A stretch of 58,918 nt of DNA from Treponema sp. (GTDB taxonomy: Bacteria; Spirochaetota; Spirochaetia; Treponematales; Rectinemataceae). Below, piece after piece: positions 48,307 to 58,223 of this stretch. Position numbers and translations under genes: made by a program. Every line of letters starts with the position of its first letter. The first letter of the stretch is position 1. The notes under the pieces were generated by a model. The model was not told the DNA's origin. It saw only the letters and a list, made by a program, of their open reading frames with translations, and searched no databases. The DNA lies in assembly GCA_012516755.1 (NCBI GenBank), contig JAAYWE010000162.1, positions 1-58,918 of the forward strand, in the 5' to 3' direction.

Positions 48307-50247
48307 ATGCCAGAGGAGTATATTTCTTCGATGCAGAACTTCAAAGTGGTAATAGGTATGTATAATAATCTGCCCTATAATGCGTCGGGAGCATTGTATG
48401 AACAGACATATCAAGGCGCCTGGCGCCCTTTTCTTTCCGGACTATACAAATTTCTCTCTATTAAATCTGCAATCTACTTTTCTGGTGCTATTTTCCCATG
48501 GCTTGAAGAGAACCATCCCGAATATATGTACCTTCTCGTCGAGATGGTTAGAAGAGGTCAGGTCGAACTTTTAGGAGGCGGATTGTACAACCCGCTTTCA
48601 CCCCTTATAAGCGCGCAAGATATGACCGGACAGGTCGAAAGTCTAAGCGCTTTTATTCGCAAGACAACAGGCAAAAGGCCTTCTGGCGCATGGCTCTACG
48701 AATATTCATGGAGCTCTTCACTGCCATCCATTCTACAAAACTCAAAAATACAATATACTTTTTTGCCTGCGGAGTACTTTCCCAACGTAGAGGGAGGCAT
48801 GGAATTTGGCTTGCCGGTTACTTCGGAAGATCATCGAAAGGTAATAACCATATTTCCCACTTTCGAATCCAAGGACTCAGAAAACAGCTTTATGCCTTAT
48901 GAGAATACTCTGACGGATCTTCAAGAGTCGTATCCTGAATGCAAGACTTTCATCATTATGGCGGATGGCAACGAAATAAGCATGAGTTGGGAAAAGAGCG
49001 GCCTTGAATCTCCTGATGTTCTTTTCGAGCGTACCTTTGCATGGTTTCAGAAGAATTGTCTAGAATATGATACCCTTACTCCCATTCAACTCCATAAAAC
49101 CACAAAACCCTCTAGAATAGTATATTTCTCTCAATGTTATTCTCGGCGGTTTAAAGAATATTGCAAAAAGACGATCAATCGCTTGCCTATTCAAAATCAA
49201 GAATATATACAGATTTCTAAACAATCTGTATTAGATCATCCACTTGTGCATGTTCTTTATCAAAAATTGAACTATGTATCAACTATGATAGCTCTTTTTC
49301 GAGGTGATAAATCGAGAAAGAAAGCCTCTATAGATGATATCTGGAAAGCTCAATGCGGTGATCTGTTTTGGATCGGACCCTGCGGTGGAATCCTTATTCC
49401 GGAAGCTAGAATTGCGGCTTTTTCCTCTCTTATAGAGGCTGAAAAGACAATAAGGCAGAGTAGATTTCGCCCTTATCTATCATTCGACGACCTCAATTTC
49501 GATGGCTTAAAGGAAGCAATATTTCAATCTTCTGTTTACAACTGCTATCTGCAATCGGGGTCCGCCTCGGTAAGCGAATTCGACTCCATAAAGACAGGAA
49601 CAAACTATGCTTGCGGTTGGAATGACGATCAATTCTCGACAGGCTGCTTCAAAGATTACATAAAAACCGAGGGGAACTTCGAAAGAGATCTTATAGCAGT
49701 AGAGCGTTGGAATATGGTAGAAAATCCAAGAGAAGAGTCGAGCGTTCTTTTTCGAAGAGAATTTTCGGCTAGATTTGAAGACCGATTATTGATGCTTCTT
49801 TGTAGAAAGACTTATCGCTTCAGAAATGACTTTTTCAGTATCGACTACGAATTGAGCAATAAGAATACGGAAGCTTGCCTATTTCGTTTTTGTACCAATT
49901 CAGAGATTATAGCTGCTCCGATTTTTGAGGATCATCGATTTGAATTGCTGCATCATCGCGAGAGCAAGGCCTTAGATTTGAGATCTCAAGCTTTTTTCGA
50001 AACGGTTGATGGTATCGGGCTTAGCAATGTTAGAAAAGCAGAAAGAGTGTTGATTCGTTCTGATTTGCCATTCTCCCTATTGGCAAAACCTAATTTCCTT
50101 AAGAAGCCTTCGGTCTCTCCGCAAGTTATGGATGTTCCATCAGATTCTCTCATGTTCGAAGGCTTTTCGATCGGTATCGGATGGGACCTGTCTATTCCTG
50201 CTGAGGGAACAGCCTTTTTTTCTCTCTCTGTCCATCTAGAACATTGA
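48307..50247 (+). CDS. GH57 alpha-amylase/4-alpha-glucanotransferase-like protein (DUF1925/DUF1926-type C-terminus), divergent
   Basis: FSG...WLEE.HPEY, GQVELLGGG.Y.P, GAWLYE, KAQC.D.FW, DLNFDG.KE. Confidence 0.75.
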   Translation: MPEEYISSMQNFKVVIGMYNNLPYNASGALYEQTYQGAWRPFLSGLYKFLSIKSAIYFSGAIFPWLEENHPEYMYLLVEMVRRGQVELLGGGLYNPLSPLISAQDMTGQVESLSAFIRKTTGKRPSGAWLYEYSWSSSLPSILQNSKIQYTFLPAEYFPNVEGGMEFGLPVTSEDHRKVITIFPTFESKDSENSFMPYENTLTDLQESYPECKTFIIMADGNEISMSWEKSGLESPDVLFERTFAWFQKNCLEYDTLTPIQLHKTTKPSRIVYFSQCYSRRFKEYCKKTINRLPIQNQEYIQISKQSVLDHPLVHVLYQKLNYVSTMIALFRGDKSRKKASIDDIWKAQCGDLFWIGPCGGILIPEARIAAFSSLIEAEKTIRQSRFRPYLSFDDLNFDGLKEAIFQSSVYNCYLQSGSASVSEFDSIKTGTNYACGWNDDQFSTGCFKDYIKTEGNFERDLIAVERWNMVENPREESSVLFRREFSARFEDRLLMLLCRKTYRFRNDFFSIDYELSNKNTEACLFRFCTNSEIIAAPIFEDHRFELLHHRESKALDLRSQAFFETVDGIGLSNVRKAERVLIRSDLPFSLLAKPNFLKKPSVSPQVMDVPSDSLMFEGFSIGIGWDLSIPAEGTAFFSLSVHLEH

Positions 50248-50325
50248 GGAATTAGCCGATATATGTATCTTCGATTTAGCGAGGTCTTGAGGTTTTAGGA
50301 TGAATTTCTTTAAAATAGGAGAATA

Positions 50326-51861
50326 ATGGAGATGATTCAATTCCCCGATAAGCTGGAAGGCCTTCATATTCACCTTGTGGGAGCAAAAGGCACCGGGATG
50401 ACCGCACTTGCGGAGATACTTCAAAAGCGAGGGGCAATCCTTACGGGTAGCGATGTGGCAGATGTGTTCTATACCGATAGAATTCTACACTCGCTTGGTA
50501 TTGAGCTTTTTGAGAACTTCGACAAGAAGAATCTACCTATCAGCACTGATATAGTCATTCACTCCGCGGCATATTCACGCGAAGGAAACCCAGAGCTCAA
50601 GGCAGCCACGCATCGTGGTATACCCATTTTCAGTTATCCTGAAGTACTTGGAGCCCTTTCTCTGCATAGTAGCTCTGCAGGCATAGCCGGGGTTCATGGA
50701 AAAACCACGACAGCTGCTTTGGCTGGGATACTCATAAAAGCATTAGGACTGCCCGCAACAGTGCTGGCAGGTTCTGCGATTTCTAATTTCGACGATCGAT
50801 GTACTCTGGTCCAAGGAGAGAGCTTTTTTATAGCTGAAACTTGCGAGTACCGCAAACATTTTCTCAACTTCAAGCCTACTTGGATAGTACTCACATCGGT
50901 GGAAAGCGATCATCAAGATTATTTTCCAACATACGAAAGCATACGCGATGCATTTGTGGAATATGTCCTCAGTCTTCCTCCCAATGGTGTTCTAATCTTT
51001 TGTGCCGATCAGAAGGGCGCTGTAGAGGTTGCTGACATTGTCCTACAAAGACGAAGAGATATCAAATATGTAGAGTATGGTTTTTTGGCTCATGGAAAAT
51101 ATGGAATTCGCGATTTTCAGACCAAAGCTGGAGCCAGTTCATTTATCCTTGGAGAGAGTTCTTTTCCAATAAGGATTCATTTGCCAGGAAGGCACCTGGT
51201 CCAGGATTCTGTTGCAGCTATTGCACTTGTCGAACAGATATTTGAAACTGTGAAATCGAGACCGTTTGAGGAATCAGAGTGGATCTCAGTAGGTGAAGCA
51301 TTGGCTGCATTTAGGGGTTCAAAACGACGCAGCGAGATAATAGGGGAGTACAAAGGAATACTCATCATGGATGATTATGGGCACCATCCAACGGCAATTA
51401 AAACTACAATTGAAGGAATAAAAAAATTCTGGCCTCATAGAAGACTTATTGTGGATTTCATGTCCCATACCTACACCAGGACAATTGCCCTGCAGGATGA
51501 CTTCATTTCCTCTCTCGATGGTGCAGATTCTGTTTTATTGCACAAAATCTATGCTTCAGCGCGTGAACGGCCTGTCTCGGGGTTCAATGGTAGAACTCTC
51601 TATCAGAAGCTTTGCGAGCATCGCCCAGAACTGTTTCCAATGGACTTAGAACGAGATACTAGGCAAAAGGAAATTGCCTATTATAAGAATAAGGCTAGCC
51701 AAGATCAGACAGGCTTTGTTGCCTATTCCGATGAGCCGCTTAAAGCGCTAGATGCTCTTTCTAATCTGTTGCAGCCAGGAGATGTTTTTTTGACTCTGGG
51801 CGCTGGTGATAATTGGAAACTAGGTAAGGCTCTTGCTGAAAAAATAGAAAAGAATGGATAA
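50326..51861 (+). CDS. murC: UDP-N-acetylmuramate--L-alanine ligase
   Basis: G.KGTGM.ALA, GSD, AGVHGKTTT, E.CEY, DHQD, DDYGHHPT, HTYTRT, TLGAGD. Confidence 0.93.
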   Translation: MEMIQFPDKLEGLHIHLVGAKGTGMTALAEILQKRGAILTGSDVADVFYTDRILHSLGIELFENFDKKNLPISTDIVIHSAAYSREGNPELKAATHRGIPIFSYPEVLGALSLHSSSAGIAGVHGKTTTAALAGILIKALGLPATVLAGSAISNFDDRCTLVQGESFFIAETCEYRKHFLNFKPTWIVLTSVESDHQDYFPTYESIRDAFVEYVLSLPPNGVLIFCADQKGAVEVADIVLQRRRDIKYVEYGFLAHGKYGIRDFQTKAGASSFILGESSFPIRIHLPGRHLVQDSVAAIALVEQIFETVKSRPFEESEWISVGEALAAFRGSKRRSEIIGEYKGILIMDDYGHHPTAIKTTIEGIKKFWPHRRLIVDFMSHTYTRTIALQDDFISSLDGADSVLLHKIYASARERPVSGFNGRTLYQKLCEHRPELFPMDLERDTRQKEIAYYKNKASQDQTGFVAYSDEPLKALDALSNLLQPGDVFLTLGAGDNWKLGKALAEKIEKNG

Positions 51862-51907
51862 GAAGCCTTAACATGGAAGCAATTGAGGAATCAGGAGAGC
51901 AGAATCA

Positions 51908-52774
51908 ATGAAGAGTATGACCGGATTTGCCCATAGTCCAATCTTGGAAAAAGAATTTCAAGGTACTCTTACGCTAAAATCCTTCAATAATCGTTTTTTA
52001 GACATATCGATTTTTCTTCCATCATATGCATCTCGAATTGAGCCCCTCATTCGAGATTTTTTAGGATCACGCATACTTCGAGGCAAGGTCGAATGCACTT
52101 TCAAGCTAAGAAAAATAAAGTTCTCACTTGAAGATATTGAGCTTCAATTTCAGGCAGCCACTCTTCTTTCTGAACAATTGCGCAAGCTTGCCGAAGCATG
52201 CGGTATAGAAAAGGATTTATCGCTCGACCTTATTACAAAATTTCCAGGAATTGTCGATATGAACACAGAGATTGAAGAGGATTACCTTTGGCCTGTATTG
52301 ATGCCAATCCTTGAAGAAACCTGGCTGAAATTTGAGGAGAGTCGAATTCGAGAAGGTACAGCGACAGAAGAGAATATAAGAGGCCAGCTTCAGAGACTGA
52401 AATCGAAGCTTATTGAAATCGAACTCCAAGCGGATTCGCTCGAGAGAATGGTGTATGACCAGTTAGTAGCCAGATTCAAAGAGCTATTATCCGAAAGCTA
52501 TGATGAAGGGCGGGTACTTCAGGAAGTTGCGGTGCAACTTGTTCGCCTTACTATCAATGAAGAAATTGGTCGGCTCAGAGCCCACATTGATGCTTTTGAA
52601 TTAATGGCAAAAGAACCAGCCTGTGGCAAGAAACTTGATTTTCTATGCCAGGAGATGAATAGAGAAATCAATACGATAGGTTCAAAGAGCATGCTTGTCT
52701 CTGTATCTCATGCGGTGGTCGAAATGAAAGACGCTCTCGAAAATATTAGAGAGCAGCTCAGAAATGTGGAGTAG
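51908..52774 (+). CDS. yicC: YicC/YloC family endoribonuclease
   Basis: MKSMTGF, N.RFLD, RGKV, GKKLDFLCQEMNREINTIGSK, IREQ..NVE. Confidence 0.93.
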   Translation: MKSMTGFAHSPILEKEFQGTLTLKSFNNRFLDISIFLPSYASRIEPLIRDFLGSRILRGKVECTFKLRKIKFSLEDIELQFQAATLLSEQLRKLAEACGIEKDLSLDLITKFPGIVDMNTEIEEDYLWPVLMPILEETWLKFEESRIREGTATEENIRGQLQRLKSKLIEIELQADSLERMVYDQLVARFKELLSESYDEGRVLQEVAVQLVRLTINEEIGRLRAHIDAFELMAKEPACGKKLDFLCQEMNREINTIGSKSMLVSVSHAVVEMKDALENIREQLRNVE

Positions 52775-52781
52775 AATAGGC

Positions 52782-53327
52782 ATGGGTATCATTGCGATAT
52801 CGGGGAAATCAGGATGTGGTAACTCAACCGTGTTACGTCTGGTTGCTGAGAAACTCGGTTACGAACCAGTGAATTACACTTTTCGCAGCATGGCAGCCGA
52901 CATGGGAATAAGCTTCCAAGAATTGCATAAGAAAGCGCAAGAAAATCTTGAATTTGATCGCAGGCTAGACGAACATCAGGTTCTATTGGCCAGAAAGGGG
53001 AATACCGTGATCGGCTCTAGACTGGCAATTTGGATGGTGCCTGAGGCAGATCTAAAAGTCTATCTTAAGGCCAGCCATGCCGTGCGTGTTAGGAGAATCC
53101 ATGCCAGAGAGGATGGCGATATTGAAGCCATAGATCAATTTACAAAAGAGAGAGATGCCAAGGATAGAGGCAGATATCTTGCGCTCTACAATATAGATAT
53201 AGACGATGTCTCTAATGCCCATCTTGTAATCGACACTGAGCGATGGTCTGCGGATCAGATTGCCGATATCATAGTGGACGCATACCATCTGATTCCTTTA
53301 GGTGACCCATATGGAAGCAGCCTCTGA
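52782..53327 (+). CDS. Archaeal-type cytidylate kinase-like NMP kinase
   Basis: ISGKSGCGNST P-loop, FRSMA, DRRLD, SRLA.W, RY..LY.IDI. Confidence 0.8.
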   Translation: MGIIAISGKSGCGNSTVLRLVAEKLGYEPVNYTFRSMAADMGISFQELHKKAQENLEFDRRLDEHQVLLARKGNTVIGSRLAIWMVPEADLKVYLKASHAVRVRRIHAREDGDIEAIDQFTKERDAKDRGRYLALYNIDIDDVSNAHLVIDTERWSADQIADIIVDAYHLIPLGDPYGSSL

Positions 53328-54132
53328 AAATAAGCGAGTTGCCTTTGTAACTGGTGCAACGAGTGGCCTTGGTTTAGCGATCTCAAGATCACTGATTGAT
53401 ATTGGATTTATTGTCTATGGAGCAGGACGCCGAAAACCCCCTCTCGATCTACCTGATAATTATGTCTATGTGCAAACCGATGTGGCACTGGATGAATCGG
53501 TTAACAAGAGCAGAGATTTTGTGCTTTCTCAGCAAAGCCACATCGATCTATTAGTTTGCGCAGCGGGTTTTGGCATAAGCGGATCGATTGAGGATACTCC
53601 TATAGATTCAGCTATAGATCAGTTCAATGTGAATTTTTTCGGCGTTGCGAGAGTGGTATGTGCTTTTTTGCCTGGTATGCGCGAGCAGGGTAGGGGTCGA
53701 ATCATCATTATCGGCTCTATAGCAGGAAAGACCGGAATGCCATTCCAAGCCTACTATTCCGCAAGCAAATTTGCTCTTGAAGGTTTTGTAGAATCGCTGA
53801 GATACGAGGTGCGCAGATTCAACATCGAAGCCTGCATTGTGGAGCCAGGCGATTTCAAAACTGGGTTCACTGGCTCAAGACAAAAGATCATTGCGCCCGA
53901 AAGTCCTTACTATAATCAATTTGAGAGAGTAATAAGTGTACAGGAACATGATGAGATACATGGATTGGATCCGGCAAAACTGGGAGAAAGGATTGCCCGA
54001 TTGGCCGTATCGAAGCGTCTTCCTGCACGCCTTACCATAGGGCCTTTATTTGAACGTTTGGCCGTATGGATTCGAAGGATCCTTCCAGATGCTTGGTTCG
54101 AGGCCTTTTATAGAATGTACTATCATCTTTAG
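53311..54132 (+). CDS. Short-chain dehydrogenase/reductase
   Basis: TGATSGLG, Y.ASK (YSASK), VEPG. Confidence 0.92.
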   Translation: MEAASENKRVAFVTGATSGLGLAISRSLIDIGFIVYGAGRRKPPLDLPDNYVYVQTDVALDESVNKSRDFVLSQQSHIDLLVCAAGFGISGSIEDTPIDSAIDQFNVNFFGVARVVCAFLPGMREQGRGRIIIIGSIAGKTGMPFQAYYSASKFALEGFVESLRYEVRRFNIEACIVEPGDFKTGFTGSRQKIIAPESPYYNQFERVISVQEHDEIHGLDPAKLGERIARLAVSKRLPARLTIGPLFERLAVWIRRILPDAWFEAFYRMYYHL

Positions 54133-54211
54133 CATAGAGATCTCGAGAATTCTTATCTTATGCGCTATGATAGAGCTCTCTCTATGGACGCATTATATAT
54201 AGGGGAAATAT

Positions 54212-55264
54212 ATGCATGTTGCGACATCATCTATAGAAAAAAAGCATTTTGGCACACTCTATAGCGGAGAGGAGGTCTCTCTTTTCATTCTCAAGGCCGG
54301 ATCTTTTCAAGCAAGCTTTACTGATTGGGGAGCAACATGGGTCAGTTTAATAATGCCTGACAAGGAAGGCCAAAAGGACGACATATTGCTTGGTTTTTCA
54401 ACTCTATCTGGTTATGTGGGAAAGCATCCATATTTTGGTTCAACAATTGGTCGTTTTGCAAACAGGATAGGCGGCGCTCGGTTTGTACTTAATGGAATTG
54501 GCTACAAACTCTGGACAAACGACAATTGCAATCATCTGCACGGGGGTCGCAAGGGCTTTGACAAATTTCTATGGAATTATGAATTATCAGCATTTGATGG
54601 AGAGCCTGCTATTAGATTTTCGAGAACTAGCCCTGATAAGGAGGAAGGATATCCTGGCACACTCTATGCCGAAGTTATTGCTTCTCTATCTTCTTTAGGA
54701 GAATTGCATTTGCATTATTATGCTGAGACGGACGCAATGACCCCGGTCAATCTAACAAATCATGCATATTTCAATCTAGCGGGCGAGGGGAAAGGGACAA
54801 TTCTAGACCATGAGCTTGAAATGCAGGCAGGTATGTATTTACCAGTAGATGAATACCTAATTCCAAACGGAGAGATTTGTTCTGTAGAGGGTACGGCCCT
54901 TGATTTCAGATGCCCAAAGCGAATTGGCAGAGATATACAAGAAGTAGGCAATGGCTATGATTTTTGCTATATCATCGATAAGGATCGCTTGCCACTTAAA
55001 ACCTTTGCTATTGTAACTGAGCCATCTGGTGGTCGAAGCCTTAGTATATCGACCACATTGCCAGCCGTTCAGTTTTATACAGGCAACAACCTGGCAGGAA
55101 CTTTTGGCAAAAGTGGCTCTATCTATGACAAATATGCCGGTTTCTGTCTTGAAACAGAGATGTATCCTGATTCACCAAACAAACAAAATTTTCCTTCTTG
55201 TATTCTGCTTCCGGGTATGCCCTGGGAACATGAAACAGTATATAAATTCAGCTTACAATGTTAA
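54212..55264 (+). CDS. galM: Aldose 1-epimerase
   Basis: GRFANRI, HLHGG, GYPG, NLTNHAYFNL, QFYTGN, CLETE..PDSPN. Confidence 0.94.
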   Translation: MHVATSSIEKKHFGTLYSGEEVSLFILKAGSFQASFTDWGATWVSLIMPDKEGQKDDILLGFSTLSGYVGKHPYFGSTIGRFANRIGGARFVLNGIGYKLWTNDNCNHLHGGRKGFDKFLWNYELSAFDGEPAIRFSRTSPDKEEGYPGTLYAEVIASLSSLGELHLHYYAETDAMTPVNLTNHAYFNLAGEGKGTILDHELEMQAGMYLPVDEYLIPNGEICSVEGTALDFRCPKRIGRDIQEVGNGYDFCYIIDKDRLPLKTFAIVTEPSGGRSLSISTTLPAVQFYTGNNLAGTFGKSGSIYDKYAGFCLETEMYPDSPNKQNFPSCILLPGMPWEHETVYKFSLQC

Positions 55265-55278
55265 TTAAGGAGTTGCAT

Positions 55279-56410
55279 ATGCTAGAAGATATTTCAAAAC
55301 CAATAGAAGACATAAAAGAGGACATTCTTGAAATCTGGGGGCGTCTTTGACGCGCCTGCAATAGAAGATAAGATTCATGATTTAGAGGGTCTAGCCAGCG
55401 CTCCGGATTTCTGGTCTGAGCAGACACAAGCCAAGAAAATTCTCAGCGAGATAAAGATATTGAGGGATCGCTTGGAAACCTGGCAAACCATGCACAATGA
55501 TATTCTCACACTTGAAGAGATGTACGAATTAGCACGTCAGGAGGATCAGCAAGATATGGAGGCCGATCTTCGAGTCAGTCTTGAGGAGATAAGAACTCGC
55601 TTCGACAGGGCAGTGGTGATCGAAATGCTCTCTGGAGAAGCAGATCGAAACGATGCTTATCTCACCATTCATGCTGGTTCGGGTGGTACCGAAGCATGTG
55701 ATTGGGCAAGTATGCTCTATCGAATGTATGTCCGATGGGCTGAAAGGCATGATTTTAAGGTGGAGACTCTCGACTTCTTGGAAGCAGAGGGCGGAATAAA
55801 GTCTGTGACAATCCAAATATCAGGTGAATTCGTATACGGTTATCTAAAGGGAGAGACAGGGGTTCATCGTCTGGTAAGGATTTCCCCTTTCGACGCGAAT
55901 GCCAGGCGACACACATCCTTCGCCTCTGTATCGGTAATGCCAGTTCTCGATGAGTCGATAGAAATCGATATAAGACCAGAAGATATACGGATAGATACAT
56001 ATCGAGCAGGAGGAGCAGGCGGGCAAAAAGTCAACAAGACAGACTCCGCGGTAAGAATTACACATCTGGCTACGGGTATTGTAGTAACATGTCAGAATGA
56101 GCGCAGCCAGTATAAGAATAAAGATGTAGCCATGAACATTCTCAAGTCAAGACTGTATGAGTATTACAAAGCAGAGCGCGACAAAGAAACCGCTAAATTT
56201 GCTGGCGAAAAAAAGGAGATCGCCTGGGGTTCTCAAATTCGATCTTATGTCTTCCAGCCTTATACCATGGTAAAGGATCATCGGAATAAATTCTCGGTAG
56301 GAAATGTTCAAGCCGTAATGGATGGTGACCTGGATCCATTCTTGGAAGCCTATCTTCATTGGCAATGGAAAGGGGGTACATCTGTTGAAGAGGAAGATGA
56401 AGACATATAA
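55279..56410 (+). CDS. prfB: Peptide chain release factor 2, with a programmed +1 frameshift at 55345-55351
   Basis: ORF1 MLEDISKPIEDIKEDILEIWGRL* behind an AAGGAG SD, then GGGGG-CGT-CTT-TGA-C; the +1 frame carries SPF and GGQ motifs. Confidence 0.97.
55337..55351 (+). promoter_or_regulatory. prfB frameshift cassette
   Basis: Internal SD GGGGG, 3 nt, then CTT TGA C. Confidence 0.95.
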
Positions 56411-57317
56411 GGATCTTTTCCTATTTCCGCTATTTCTTTTTCTCCTCATAGACACTAGCCTATTTGCCCAGATTACGCCATCACAGAATAAGGGCCTGGG
56501 CTCTATTGCACTTGTTTTTCCTATACAAGTCTCGAATTTGCCTGATTTCGATCCATTAGGCCAAGAAAACCTGGATTCGATAATGATATTAGAATTTATA
56601 CAGGATAGGCTTAGTGATCCCCAGTATTATGAAAATAAGCCTTCTCCCTCGGAGGCAAACAGCCTATCAAGGCTGATGGAGGAAACCCTGAGGTTGCGCA
56701 CAACTTCTGAAGAATTAATAGCAATAGATATCGAAACTCTCAAGAACTGGAATTGGAACAGGACTATTCAGGAGAAATCGGCTCTCTTTCAGGAAGGTTC
56801 TCTTAAGAAATCAGATGCAGTTCTGTTTATGATGTATACGATTGAAGACAGTAATATGCAATTAGCATCCTTTCTGCTAAAAAATACAGGGGAAAGCTAT
56901 GCTTTTTTATCAAACAGGTTTTCGGTCTTTGATTTGTTAGATGCAGCCAGAAAGACTGTTGACTCTTTTATAGAAAAAGGTGCACTTCTTGCCAAGAAGA
57001 GTACACCCGTCCAATCTGAATTATCGATCGAAGAAATCGAATTGCCTTCTATTGATCCATGGAAGAATAGAGATAATTACAAGAAAGCCCAATCGGCCTT
57101 TGAGACTTCCATGGGAGGGGCTGCAATCAGTCTGTCGATTTCCTTTGTTGCCGTGGGCTTGTGGAATATATATCGCGAGGCTGCTTACAGAAATAGTGCG
57201 TTTGATGTTGCAGCTACGATCTCTGCTATAGCTGCTGGGACGAGTGCCGCAGTCACCGCCACATTTTTAACTATATCAATATGGAATGCAGGTAAAATGC
57301 TCGGAGCATCTCACTGA
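56397..57317 (+). CDS. Hypothetical exported protein with two C-terminal hydrophobic segments
   Basis: Signal peptide MKTYKDLFLFPLFLFLLIDTSLFAQ; C-terminal TM-like segments; overlaps the prfB end. Confidence 0.7.
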   Translation: MKTYKDLFLFPLFLFLLIDTSLFAQITPSQNKGLGSIALVFPIQVSNLPDFDPLGQENLDSIMILEFIQDRLSDPQYYENKPSPSEANSLSRLMEETLRLRTTSEELIAIDIETLKNWNWNRTIQEKSALFQEGSLKKSDAVLFMMYTIEDSNMQLASFLLKNTGESYAFLSNRFSVFDLLDAARKTVDSFIEKGALLAKKSTPVQSELSIEEIELPSIDPWKNRDNYKKAQSAFETSMGGAAISLSISFVAVGLWNIYREAAYRNSAFDVAATISAIAAGTSAAVTATFLTISIWNAGKMLGASH

Positions 57318-57342
57318 ATTACTTGCACAGCTAGGAGAAATA

Positions 57343-58209
57343 ATGAATTTTAAGGACAAAATCAAAGCCCTATTTCACAGAAGTCAATTGAGCGAGGAAG
57401 TATTTGAAGAGTTGGAGGATCTTTTGATTGAGGGTGACATTGGTGCCTCAATTGCTTTTGAAGTTGTGGATGCGCTTAAAGACACCTACAGGAAAGAAAA
57501 TATTTCAACCCCAGAAGAGGCCAGAAAGGGATTAAAAAAAATACTGCGCCCCTTTATCAGAGTCGAAGATTTCAACTTAGATGATAAGCGTCTCAATATT
57601 GTTTTAATACTTGGTGTCAATGGTGTCGGAAAGACAACAAGCTGCGCTAAGCTGGCAAAATGGGCGGAAAACAAAGGAATAAATCAACCCATAATACTTG
57701 CCGCCTGTGATACATTTCGTGCAGCGGCTATTGAACAGCTTAGGATTCATGGACAAAGGCTAGGAGCTCGCGTAATAGCTCAACAGCATGGATCGGATCC
57801 AGGAGCGGTTTTGTGGGATGCAATAGATGCCGCCAAGAAAAACAATGCGAATCTCGTCATTGCCGATACAGCAGGACGAATGCATACGAGAGCCGATCTT
57901 CTACGTGAACTTGAAAAACTCGATCGGGTAGTAAGCCAGAAAGCAGGGGATGTCAACTACCGCAGGCTTTTGGTGCTGGATGCTACGACAGGGCAAAATG
58001 CCATGCGACAGGCAGAGATATTCAATGGCTCGGTCAAGATAGATGGCCTAATCATGGCAAAATACGATTCCGCTTCAAAGGGAGGCATGATAATTGCCGT
58101 AAGCAAACAATTCGGACTACCTACCGTATTCCTTGGAACAGGCGAGAAGTATAATGATTTCGAGCCTTTTGATATCGATAAATACTTAGATGATTTTGTC
58201 GGAGACTGA
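57343..58209 (+). CDS. ftsY: SRP receptor FtsY (NG domain only)
   Basis: GVNGVGKTT, DTFRAAA, DTAGR, DATTGQN, KGG, GTGE; AGGAG SD. Confidence 0.96.
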   Translation: MNFKDKIKALFHRSQLSEEVFEELEDLLIEGDIGASIAFEVVDALKDTYRKENISTPEEARKGLKKILRPFIRVEDFNLDDKRLNIVLILGVNGVGKTTSCAKLAKWAENKGINQPIILAACDTFRAAAIEQLRIHGQRLGARVIAQQHGSDPGAVLWDAIDAAKKNNANLVIADTAGRMHTRADLLRELEKLDRVVSQKAGDVNYRRLLVLDATTGQNAMRQAEIFNGSVKIDGLIMAKYDSASKGGMIIAVSKQFGLPTVFLGTGEKYNDFEPFDIDKYLDDFVGD

Positions 58210-58223
58210 GGTATATAGCTTCG

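Noticed and set aside
55328-56410. prfB as a pseudogene or truncated gene
   Set aside because: Explained by the canonical programmed frameshift
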